Origin: an uncultured beta proteobacterium
Lineage (GTDB): Bacteria > Pseudomonadota > Gammaproteobacteria > Burkholderiales > SHXO01
NCBI GenBank assembly: GCA_963741215.1
Contig: CAVUHQ010000039.1
Span: 2,104 to 66,103, forward strand
Reading direction: 5' to 3'
Length of the DNA: 64,000 nucleotides
Shown here: one piece after another, positions 9,132 to 18,520 of the stretch
Position numbering within the stretch: the first letter of the stretch is position 1
Layout of the letters: each line of letters begins with the position of its first letter
The notes under the pieces: generated by a model
What the model was told of the DNA's origin: nothing
Seen by the model: the letters and a program-made list of their open reading frames with translations, nothing else
Databases searched by the model: none
Program-made: the position numbers and the translations under genes

Positions 9132-11783
9132 ATGAGGCAAGCAATACCGATCCTGATCGCGCTGGCCATACTGGCCGGCTGCGCCCACAAAGGGAAAGAG
9201 GCGTCATCGACTGCAGGCACGTCCAGCACTACGCAACCGGCAACGCAAGCGAGCTCCCAGCCGACGCCCCCGCCACCGCCCGTGGACCAAGGCTGGCCCC
9301 GTACCTATGCGAGCGGCGGCACGACCAGCAAGATCTTCGAGCCGCAGCTCGAAGCCTGGGATGGCTTTACGCTGAAGGCAAACGCGGCGGTGGAGATCGA
9401 TCCCGCTGGCGCCGAGCCCGTATTCGGGCTCGCCCAGATGACAGCCCGCACAACAGTCGACTGGGGCGCGCGCACGGTCAAGCTCGATGACGTCAAGGTT
9501 ACGAGCGCAAAGTTTCCCTCTGTGTCGGCACCGGCAGAGCGAAAAACTTACGTGGCGTTGCTGCGCGAGATGGCGGGCAAACAGGTTGGCTCCATCGCGC
9601 TGGACCGGCTGGAGGCCGATCTTGCCATCGTGCAAGGGCAGCAGGCCGCGGCGGCGGTCCCGATCCGCAATTTGCCGCCGACTATCCTGTTCTCGGTGCG
9701 GCCGGCCGTGCTCGCCTATGTTTACGGGGAGCCGCATGCTGTCCCGGTAAAAGGCACGCAGCTTTCGCGCGTGATCAACACTCGCGTGCTGCTGTTGACC
9801 GACGCGGCAGGCACGTACTATCTGCATCTGTACAACGGTTATATGCAGGCTCCTGCGCTGTATGGGCCCTGGACTGTCGCGACGCAAGCGCCGGACGGCG
9901 CGCAGACAGCCGAGGACGGGGCGCGCAAGACCGGGCCGCTCGATCTGCTCGAAGGCCCCAAGGATCCCAAGACGGGTGAGCGTCCAACGCTGCAGGCCGG
10001 CCCGATCCCCGAGATCTACGCCGTTACCACATCGACCGAGCTGATCGTCACGCACGGCCCTGCGGACTATCTCCCGATCGAAGGCACGCAGCTGCTGTAT
10101 GTGCAGAATACCGATGCCAACCTGTTCCGCTACCTGACGAACGATAGTCTGTACGTGCTGATTTCCGGGCGCTGGTTCACCGCACCGGATGAGTCCGGCC
10201 CCTGGCAGTTCGTGCCCGGGGACAAGCTGCCGCCAGACTTCAAGAATATTCCCGACAGCAGCCCCAAGGCCGTGGTCAAAGTCTCGGTGCCCGGCACGCC
10301 GCAGGCGCAAGAAGCGGTCATCGCCAACAGCATCCCGCATACCGCTTGGGTCAGCCGCACAACCGCGACGACTATTCCGATCGACGGACCACCGAAGGTC
10401 GCGCCCGTCGTGGGTACCCCCCTGTCATATGTGGTGAACAGCGAGGCCCCGATCATCAAGATCGACGACAAGACCTGGTACGCTTGCCGGAATGGGGTAT
10501 GGTTCGTGGCCACGTCGGCGAGCGGACCGTGGAGTGTTGCGGCCACCGTTCCGGCCATCATCTACACCATCCCGCCCAGCTCGCCCATCTACTACGTCAC
10601 GTATGTTCGCGTTTACGGCGTCTCTGCGCAGTACGTCTACGTCGGCTACACCCCGGGCTACTACGGGACGGTGATCGGGCCCGGCGGCGTGGTCGTGTAC
10701 GGCACGGGTTACTACTACTACCCCTGGGTGGGCAACGTGTTCTACGCCCCGCCCGTCACCTACGGCGTAGCCGCCGTGCCCTACTATTCGGCGGCGGTGG
10801 GCTTCACGATCGGCTTCGCCTTCGGCGCCGCGATTGCACCGCACCCTTACTACTGGGGACCGGCCTATCACGCCGTGCCCTACGCCTCGGCGGGGGTATA
10901 CGGGCGCTGGGGCAACGACGTGTATTCGGGCGGCAGGACTGCCTACGCAGGGGGCGGCGATGTGGGCGTGCATGGCGGCGGGACCTACGTCAACGAGCGT
11001 ACTGGCCAGGAGGGCGCGGTGAACTACGACCGCAACTACAACGCTGCCACCGGTACCTCAACGGCAGGGTACGACCGCGATACTTATAACCCGCGGACCG
11101 GAGTGAGCGGCAGCGCGGAGGGCAGCGGGAGCTACAACCGCGAGACCGGCGACTATTCCTACAGCTCGTCGAAAACGGCCACCGGACCGGGCGGCGAGCA
11201 GGTTTCGTCGGAGCATGGCACGGCAGGCGGCCCCGGCGGCGTGTCCGCGACCGCCGGATCAACGACGGTCACCAACACCCGCACCGGTCAAAGCGACACC
11301 GTCAACTACGCGCACGCGGGCGGCACCAGTTACGCGACCAACAACGGAAACGTGTACCGCAACAGTGGCAGCGGCTGGGAGCAGCAGACTGCGGGCGGCT
11401 GGAAGGGCGCGGATGCCGGTTCCAGCGCGTCTTTGAACCAGCAGCAATCGTTTCAGAACCAGGGGGCCAGCCGCGCGTCCAGCTATAGCGGCGGTAGCGG
11501 TTTCGGCGGCGGGGGCTTCGGCGGTGGCGATGGAGGAGGTTTCGGCGGTGGTGGAGATGGAGGGTTCGGCGGTGGGGGCGGAGGTGGAGGAGGCGGCTTC
11601 GGCGGCGGGGGCGATGGAGGCTTCGGCGGCGGCGGTGGGGGCGGAGGAGGCGGCTTCGGTGGTGGCGGCGGCTTCGGTGGAGGAGGAGGCTTCAGCGGAG
11701 GCGGAGGGTTCGGCGGCGGGGGCAGCTTCTCGGACCGCTTCGGCGGAGGCGGATTCCGTGGGGGCGGCGGATTCCGCCGCTAA
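9132..11783 (+). CDS. large lipoprotein of unknown function, paralog A (three W-hairpin modules, Tyr-rich segment, poly-Gly/Phe tail)
   Basis: Lipobox MRQAIPILIALAILAGC at 9132 with GGGGAGAG upstream. The frame is intact for about 883 aa. It is a paralog of 11793..14363. Confidence 0.85.
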   Translation: MRQAIPILIALAILAGCAHKGKEASSTAGTSSTTQPATQASSQPTPPPPPVDQGWPRTYASGGTTSKIFEPQLEAWDGFTLKANAAVEIDPAGAEPVFGLAQMTARTTVDWGARTVKLDDVKVTSAKFPSVSAPAERKTYVALLREMAGKQVGSIALDRLEADLAIVQGQQAAAAVPIRNLPPTILFSVRPAVLAYVYGEPHAVPVKGTQLSRVINTRVLLLTDAAGTYYLHLYNGYMQAPALYGPWTVATQAPDGAQTAEDGARKTGPLDLLEGPKDPKTGERPTLQAGPIPEIYAVTTSTELIVTHGPADYLPIEGTQLLYVQNTDANLFRYLTNDSLYVLISGRWFTAPDESGPWQFVPGDKLPPDFKNIPDSSPKAVVKVSVPGTPQAQEAVIANSIPHTAWVSRTTATTIPIDGPPKVAPVVGTPLSYVVNSEAPIIKIDDKTWYACRNGVWFVATSASGPWSVAATVPAIIYTIPPSSPIYYVTYVRVYGVSAQYVYVGYTPGYYGTVIGPGGVVVYGTGYYYYPWVGNVFYAPPVTYGVAAVPYYSAAVGFTIGFAFGAAIAPHPYYWGPAYHAVPYASAGVYGRWGNDVYSGGRTAYAGGGDVGVHGGGTYVNERTGQEGAVNYDRNYNAATGTSTAGYDRDTYNPRTGVSGSAEGSGSYNRETGDYSYSSSKTATGPGGEQVSSEHGTAGGPGGVSATAGSTTVTNTRTGQSDTVNYAHAGGTSYATNNGNVYRNSGSGWEQQTAGGWKGADAGSSASLNQQQSFQNQGASRASSYSGGSGFGGGGFGGGDGGGFGGGGDGGFGGGGGGGGGGFGGGGDGGFGGGGGGGGGGFGGGGGFGGGGGFSGGGGFGGGGSFSDRFGGGGFRGGGGFRR
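11488..11780 (+). repeat. coding low-complexity GGN/TTC repeat tract (poly-Gly/Phe tail of lipoprotein A)
   Basis: Encodes GGSGFGGGGFGGGDGGGFGGGG...GGGGFRGGGGFRR. The tandem 57-nt units 11544..11600 and 11601..11657 both encode GGGGDGGFGGGGGGGGGGF. Confidence 0.9.
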
Positions 11784-11792
11784 GGTGATGCC

Positions 11793-14363
11793 ATGAGGAG
11801 CGCAACAATCAGAGACCTGCGTCGAGGGCTCGGCGTGACACGTGGGCCACGTGTCGCCTTGGGTGCGCTTGTCGTTGCAGCGTGCGTCGCATACGCGGCC
11901 GCACTCCCGACAGCTAGCGCTGCAAAGACTGCGGGCACGAGCGCAACGGCAGGAGCTACCCCGGCCGATCCGGGTTGGCCGAGAACGTTGTCCGCCAATG
12001 GACAGAAGTTCACGGTGTATCAGCCGCAGCTCGATTCGTGGGACGGCTTCACGCTGGAGGCGCACGTCGCGGTTGCAGTGGATGCCGGCGCCGATGCGCC
12101 GCCCATCTTCGGCGTAGTGAATCTTTCGGCACGTACTCTGGTGGACAAGAACGAGCGCCTGGTGACCTTCGAGGACCTGCAAGTAACCGACTCGCAGTTC
12201 CCATCCGCGCCCGAACAAGCGCAGGTCTACGGACCAGCGCTGCGCGACGCCATGGTGAAAGACATCAAGGCGGTTTCGCTCGACCGCCTCGAAGCGCAGC
12301 TGGACATCCAGCAAGCGCTGAGCAAGAGCGAATCTGCCCCGCTGCAGAACACGGCGCCGCGCATCATCTTCATGCAAGAGCCTTCGCTGCTGATCTTTAT
12401 CGACGGCGAGCCGCAATATGTCGCAGTCGAGGGCACCAGTCTCACGCGCGTGGTGAATACCCGCGTGCTGCTCCTGAAAGATCCGAAGGGCAAGCTCTAT
12501 CTGCACGTTCTGGACGGCTACATGGAAGCGGCCGCCCTCACCGGGCCGTGGAAGGTGGCGAAGGCACCGCCCAAAGGCGCGGCCAAAGCCGAGACCGTGG
12601 CACGCGAGCTGCGCCAGATCGACCTGCTCGAGGGACAAGAAAATCCCGATACGAAACGCAAACCCTCGCTCAGCAGCGCGCCCGCGCCGAAGATCCTCGT
12701 CGCCACTGCGCCGACCGATCTGATCGTCACCGAAGGGCAGCCGAACTACGTCCCGATCACCGGCACTTCGCTGCTGTTCGTGAAGAACACCACGGCCAAC
12801 GTCTTCAAGCTGCTGACCGATCAGATGAGCTACGTGCTCATCGGCGGGCGCTGGTTCCGCGCGAAGTCGTTCGACGGTCCATGGGAATTCGTCGCGCCGG
12901 ACAATCTGCCCCCGGACTTCGCACAGATCCCCGACGACAGCCCCAAGGAGAATGTGAAGGCTTCCGTGCCCGGCACGCGTCAGGCGCAGGAAGCCCTGAT
13001 CGCGAATCAGATCCCGACCTCTGCGCGCGTCGAGCGCATGAGCGCCACCTTCACGCTGCAGACCGATGGCGAGCCCAAGCTCGTTCCGATCGACGGCACC
13101 CCGCTGCAGTACGTGCTCAACGCGTCTGCTCCCGTGATCCGAGTGGATGAAAGGACCTGGTACGCGTGTCAGGACGGCGTCTGGTTCGTCGCCACCGCGA
13201 GCACCGGTCCCTGGGTGGTGGCCGACATGGTTCCAGCCGTGATCTATACCATCCCGCCTGCGTCACCGGTCTACTACGTGACCTACGTGCGCGTGTACCG
13301 CGCGGCGCCGACTTACGTCTACGTGGGCTACACACCCGGCTACTACGGGGCGGTTGTCGCGCCGGGCGGCGTGGTGGTCTACGGCACCGGCTACTACTAC
13401 TCGCCGTGGGTCGGACGCTACTGGTACGGCTATCCGGTGACCTACGGCATGGGTGTGGGCATGGCCTGGACACCGTGGACCGGCTGGGGCTTCAGCTACG
13501 GTTTCGGCTGGGCCTACGGCCCGGTGTGGTATTACCCGCCGGCCCCGTGGTGGGGTCCGTATTATGGTTGGGGATACAACGCTCGCGGCGGTGTCACGGC
13601 CTGGGGCCCAGGCGGCTGGGCCAGCACCACCGGGAACATCTACGGTCAGCGCGCGGGCTTCTCGACCGTGCAGCGCGGCGCTGCCGGCTACAACGCCTTC
13701 ACCGGAAATCAGTGGGCGACGCGCTACGGCACCGCCTACAACTCCACCACCGGCACGCTGATTGCCGGTCAGAAAGGCGCCGTGAAAAATGTCTACACCG
13801 GCAACTACGCCTATGGCTCGCGCGGGACTGCGGTCAACACGAAGACCGGCGCCACCGCCACGGGCGGCAAGGTGACCGTCGGCAACGCATACACGGGAAA
13901 CTCCACCACCGTTGGCGGGATCACCGGCGGTAAGCCGGGAGGGCCGCAGCACTCCGTCGTCGGCGTAAAAAACGACCAGGGAGGCGTGGTTGCCGTCGGC
14001 AGCCCCGGGGACAAACAGGTCTTCGGGACTAAGGACGGAGAGGTGTATCGGCACACGGGCAGCGGCTGGGAACAGGTTACTCCGCCGAGCGGCGGCGGCA
14101 AGGCGACTGCCTATTCGGGTGGGAACCGGCCCGCGACGCCGTCGCAACTACCCGATCTGAGCAATCGACCCACCGCTCCGACGCAACTGCCCGGAGGCGG
14201 TGCGACGCGGCCGGCGTCCGGCAACGTGCAAGATCTGGAACGGCAACGGCAGGCGCAGGACCGCGGCAACCTGCGCGCCAACAGCTATCAGAACACGCGA
14301 CCGGCCGGGGGCTACCGTGGCGGCGGGGGCGGTGGCCACGCTGGCGGCGGGCGGCGCCGTTGA
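11793..14363 (+). CDS. large secreted protein or lipoprotein of unknown function, paralog B
   Basis: The start lies 10 nt after the paralog A stop (taaGGTGAtgccATG). Signal ...ALGALVVAACVAYAAALPTASA. Same module order as A; Gly-rich basic tail ...GGYRGGGGGGHAGGGRRR. Confidence 0.85.
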   Translation: MRSATIRDLRRGLGVTRGPRVALGALVVAACVAYAAALPTASAAKTAGTSATAGATPADPGWPRTLSANGQKFTVYQPQLDSWDGFTLEAHVAVAVDAGADAPPIFGVVNLSARTLVDKNERLVTFEDLQVTDSQFPSAPEQAQVYGPALRDAMVKDIKAVSLDRLEAQLDIQQALSKSESAPLQNTAPRIIFMQEPSLLIFIDGEPQYVAVEGTSLTRVVNTRVLLLKDPKGKLYLHVLDGYMEAAALTGPWKVAKAPPKGAAKAETVARELRQIDLLEGQENPDTKRKPSLSSAPAPKILVATAPTDLIVTEGQPNYVPITGTSLLFVKNTTANVFKLLTDQMSYVLIGGRWFRAKSFDGPWEFVAPDNLPPDFAQIPDDSPKENVKASVPGTRQAQEALIANQIPTSARVERMSATFTLQTDGEPKLVPIDGTPLQYVLNASAPVIRVDERTWYACQDGVWFVATASTGPWVVADMVPAVIYTIPPASPVYYVTYVRVYRAAPTYVYVGYTPGYYGAVVAPGGVVVYGTGYYYSPWVGRYWYGYPVTYGMGVGMAWTPWTGWGFSYGFGWAYGPVWYYPPAPWWGPYYGWGYNARGGVTAWGPGGWASTTGNIYGQRAGFSTVQRGAAGYNAFTGNQWATRYGTAYNSTTGTLIAGQKGAVKNVYTGNYAYGSRGTAVNTKTGATATGGKVTVGNAYTGNSTTVGGITGGKPGGPQHSVVGVKNDQGGVVAVGSPGDKQVFGTKDGEVYRHTGSGWEQVTPPSGGGKATAYSGGNRPATPSQLPDLSNRPTAPTQLPGGGATRPASGNVQDLERQRQAQDRGNLRANSYQNTRPAGGYRGGGGGGHAGGGRRR

Positions 14364-14384
14364 TGCGCCGTGAGGCGGAAGACC

Positions 14385-15008
14385 ATGCAGCTCATCGGCA
14401 TGCTTGATTCCCCCTACGTTCGCCGGGTCGCAATCTCGCTGCGCTGTCTTGGGATTGCGTTCGAGCACCGCGCGGTTTCCGTCTTCACGACGTTCGAACA
14501 GTTCCGGCAGATCAATCCCGTTGTCAAAGCACCGTCGTTGGTCTGCGATGACGGCGAGGTGCTGATGGATTCGACGCTCATTCTCGACTACGCCGAAGCC
14601 CTGGCTGCACCGGGCAGGAGCTTGATGCCTTCCAGCATTCCCGAGCGCCAGCACGCATTGCGCATCATCGGTCTGGCGCTGGCCGCTTGCGAAAAGACCG
14701 TGCAGATCGTATACGAGCGCAATCTGCGACCGGTGGAGAAGCAGCATGCGCCGTGGCTCGATCGCGTCCGAGGTCAACTGCTCGCGGCCTACTCGGCCTT
14801 GGATCTCGAGTTACGCCGCAAGCCGCTGGGCGCGGGCAGCAAGACCATCACTCAAGCAGGCATTACCTCGGCCGTCGCCTGGCGATTCACGCAAATGATG
14901 CTGCCCGAAATCGTCATTGCGTCCGAACACCCGGCCCTTCAAGCATTCTCTGCTCAGGCCGAGCAACTCGCAGAATTCGTGGCCGCGCCGCCGATTGGAC
15001 CGGGGTGA
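14385..15008 (+). CDS. glutathione S-transferase family protein
   Basis: MQLIGMLDSPYVRRVAISLRCLGIAFEH...VKAPSLVCDDGEVLMDSTLILDY shows the thioredoxin-like GST N-domain pattern. The ORF track starts at 14370. Confidence 0.8.
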   Translation: MQLIGMLDSPYVRRVAISLRCLGIAFEHRAVSVFTTFEQFRQINPVVKAPSLVCDDGEVLMDSTLILDYAEALAAPGRSLMPSSIPERQHALRIIGLALAACEKTVQIVYERNLRPVEKQHAPWLDRVRGQLLAAYSALDLELRRKPLGAGSKTITQAGITSAVAWRFTQMMLPEIVIASEHPALQAFSAQAEQLAEFVAAPPIGPG

Positions 15009-15186
15009 CGGCCAACCCTTGATGTCCGCTTCCGGTCGCTTGCGCAGAAGCGACGGCGAGACGGATAGGCATAGTATGCAACGAACGATGATCTCGAGCC
15101 GGCATATCGTCCGCTATTCAGACGGAAACGGCCGCGATGTTCGACTGCATGAGGAAGTTCCACCTTCTTCCGGCCAAGGAGAACGG

Positions 15187-18100
15187 ATGAGGTGTGCTCG
15201 GTGTCGGGCCGATGCTCCGCGGGATGCCAAGTACTGCCCGCAATGCGGAGCTCCCTTGGAGATCGTTTGCCCGGGCTGCCAGACTGCCAACCCTCTGTCG
15301 CACAAGTTCTGCCAGAGCTGCGGCCAAACTTTGGCCACCGAAGTGCGGGCGGACGTGAACGACGCTCGCTTCGCCTCGCCCCGCTCCTACACTCCAGCTC
15401 ATCTCGTCGACAAGATCCTGACGATCCGCACCGCGCTCGAGGGCGAGCGCAAGCAGGTGAGCGTTCTGTTCTGCGATGTGGCCAACTCCACCGCGCTCGC
15501 GGAGCGGCTGGGTCCGGAAGGCATGCACGGTCTATTGGACCGGTTCTTCGAGCTGGCACTGGCCGAGGTGCATCGGTATGAAGGCACCATCAATCAATTC
15601 CTCGGCGACGGCTTCATGGCATTGTTCGGTGCGCCGCTAGCGCATGAGGACCATGCACGTCGCGCTGTGCTGGCGGCTCTTGCCATCGACAAGAAGCTGC
15701 GCGAGCAAAAGGCGGAGCTGACCTCTGCGGACGCCGAGATCGCTGTCCGCATGGGCTTGAACACGGGCCCGGTCGTTGTCGGCAAGATCGGTGACAACCT
15801 GCGGATGGACTATACGGCCATCGGGGATACGACCAACCTCGCCGCAAGGCTGCAGCAGGTTGCCGAGCCCGGCGCGATCCTCGTGAGCCATGCCACCCGG
15901 CTCCACTGCGGCCCCGAGACGTTGGTGGAGTCGCTCGGTCCGCTGCGCGTCAAGGGGCGGAGCGAGCCGGTCGAGGTCTTCAAGGTTGTGGGACAGGGCG
16001 CTGCGCGGCCGCCGTTGAGCGGCACTGGAGATCGCCCCTTGAGCCGGTTCATCGGACGTGATCGCGAGTGGCGGTTGTTGGACGATCTGCTGGATCAGGT
16101 CGAGCGTGGTCAAGGGCAGGTGGCCGGCCTTGTCGGCGAGCCGGGCGTCGGCAAGTCACGTCTCGTCTACGAGTTCGCGAACCGCGCGAAGAGCCGAGGC
16201 GGTGCAGGTTCTCGAGGGACGCTGCCTGTCTTACGGCGCGAACGTCCCCTATCTGCCCGTGCTCGATGTCCTCCGGTCTTTCTGCGGGATCGCCAGCTCT
16301 GATCCCGGGGAAGCGATCGGCAAGAAGGTGAGTGTCGCTCTGCGCAACCTGGGTGTCACCGAGGAGGTTCATGCTCCCTATCTTCTGCAACTGCTCGGGG
16401 GCAGCGAGCCGGGAGCACCGCTTGCCTCCGTCAGCCCCGAGACGAGCAAGCTGAGGACGTTCGATGCGCTCCGGCAGTTGAGTCTCGGCGCCTGTCGCCA
16501 CCGATCGATCCTGTTGATCGTCGAGGATATCCATTGGATCGACAAAACCTCCGAGGCTTACCTCGATTTCCTGACCGAGAGCCTGGCGGGCGCGCCGCTG
16601 CTTCTCTTGTGCACCTACCGGCCCGGATACTCGCCGCCCTGGATCGAACGCTCGTTTGCCACACAAATCGCGCTGCGCCCGCTCTCGAAGTCCGAAAGCA
16701 TGAGTGTGGTCGAGTCGGTGGCGCAGCGCGCGCCCCTATCGGAGTCGATCGCCCGGGTCGTGCTGGACAAGGCCGAGGGCAATCCATTTTTCATAGAGGA
16801 ACTGGCGCGCGTCGTCCTGGAGGACGCGGGCCGCTCCGCAGCGCAAGGGGTACCTGACACGATCCAGGATGTCTTGATGGCGCGCATCGATCTGCTCCCG
16901 GACGTGCTCAAGCGCCTTCTGCAAACCGCCTCGGTCCTCGGTCGAGAGTTCTCGCCCTCGCTGCTCGACGCAATCTGCCAGGATCCTGGCCCGCAGGATG
17001 AGCGCCTGCACTCTCTTGCGCGGGCGGAGTTCCTGTATGAGCGAAACGAACCCGACGGGCCGGTCTACGTATTCAAGCACGCGCTCACTCAGGAGGTCGC
17101 GTACGAGAGCTTGCTGTTATCGCGCCGCGGACAACTGCACCTCGCCGCAGCCCAAGCGCTCGAGGCGCTGTACGCCGGGCGGATCGAGGACGCCTACGAC
17201 CGGCTTGCGTACCACTACGCGCGGACCGAGCAATCGGAGAAAGCGGTCGAATATCTCACCCTGTGCGCAGAGCGCATGTCGCGATGGTACGCGCACGATG
17301 AGGCCGTTCGAACTCTGCGCGAGGCTCTCGTCCATGTCGAGCTGCTTCCGGTCGAGAGGCGCGAGCGCACTTACCTCAATCTGGTTCTCCAACAGGCGCT
17401 ATCGTTGTTCTTGCTCGGCCGCCTGCGGGAAGCGCTGGAGTTGCTGCTGGCACAACGCGATCGGCTCGAGCATCTCGGTGACTCCACGCTGGCCGGTCCG
17501 TACTACTTCTGGCTTGCCCATACCTACTCCATCGGGGGCGACCGGAGTCAGGCAGCCGCCAGTGCCGAGCGGGCGCTGGCAGAGGCCGAAGCGGTGTAAC
17601 GATCGCGCGACGCTTGGCAAGACCTGGTACGTGCTCGCCGTCGAAGATTTCTGGCGGTCGCAGCCCGCCAGTGGCGTTGCGCACGCTCAGACCGCGGTAG
17701 CGCTTCTGCAAGAGACAGAGGAGCGGTATTGGCTTGGGATCGCCTACTGGGTGCTCGGTCATCACCAGACCGTACTTGGGGAGTTCGACGTCGCACTCGC
17801 GACGCTTGCGCAGGCGCGCGCAGTGGGCGAAGCCCTGGGTGATCCCCGCCTCCAGAGCTACGCCGCGTGGACCACCGGATGGAACCTCGCATTGCAGGGC
17901 GAAGGACGTGCCGCCGTTGATTCTTGCAAGCAAAGCGTCGAGCATGCCAAGGACCCGTTTACTCGCGCGGTTTCCCTTGGAGTGCTCGGGCACGCATACC
18001 TCGAGCAGGGGGAATTCGCAGCGGCGATTCCTCTGCTCGAGGAAGCAGTTCAGCACTTCGCCCGGTTCCAGACGCATCAGCATGAACTGTACTTCGCCAA

Positions 18101-18485
18101 CTATTTGGGCGCGGCATGCGTCCAAGCAGGCGATCTCGTCCGAGCGCAGGAACTGGCAACCCGTGCACTGGACCTGGCGCAACACTTCTTGTACGCCAAC
18201 GGCAGTGCGTCGGCACACCGAGTATTGGGACAAATCGAGCAGCGTCGGGGCGTCAGCGCCGGCGCGCGCGAGCACTACGAAAAGGCCCTCGAAGTCTTCG
18301 CGCTTATTCCCGCGCCGTTGGAGGTTGGCCGCACTCATCTCGCCCTGGCCGAGCTGGCACAAGAGGAGGGACGGACCAGCGATGCCAAGAGTCAGCTGGA
18401 TGCTGCGCGTCAGGTGTTCGCGGCGCTGCGGGTGCCAGTCCATCTTGCCCGGACGGAGCGCATGAGCCGCGGCGTATTAGACTAG
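15187..18485 (+). pseudogene. double zinc-ribbon / class III adenylate-guanylate cyclase / AAA(STAND-like) ATPase / TPR protein; two +1 frame breaks
   Basis: ORFs 14917..16302, 16058..17599 and 16998..18485 sit in frames 1, 2 and 3. Motifs: CARCRAD..CPQCG..CPGCQ..CQSCG; VSVLFCDVANST...GDGFMALFGAP...GDTTNLAARL; GEPGVGKSRL; EDIHWIDKTS; a TPR-like tail. AAGGAGAA lies before the ATG at 15187. Confidence 0.85.
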
Positions 18486-18520
18486 GCGGGCCGTATAACC
18501 GACCCGAGGGGGGGTATGCC

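Noticed and set aside
11488-11780. GGN-rich repetitive tract considered as a possible CRISPR or other noncoding array.
   Set aside because: It lies in frame inside an intact 883-aa ORF and encodes Gly/Phe. There is no repeat-spacer periodicity and no cas genes are present.
5312-18485. The two STAND-type NTPases flanking 9-15 kb considered as an antiphage defence island.
   Set aside because: Their output domains are a DNA-binding SARP module and a nucleotidyl cyclase. No nuclease, TIR, Sir2, protease or other effector gene is present, and there are no mobile-element hallmarks around them. They look like ordinary signalling regulators.
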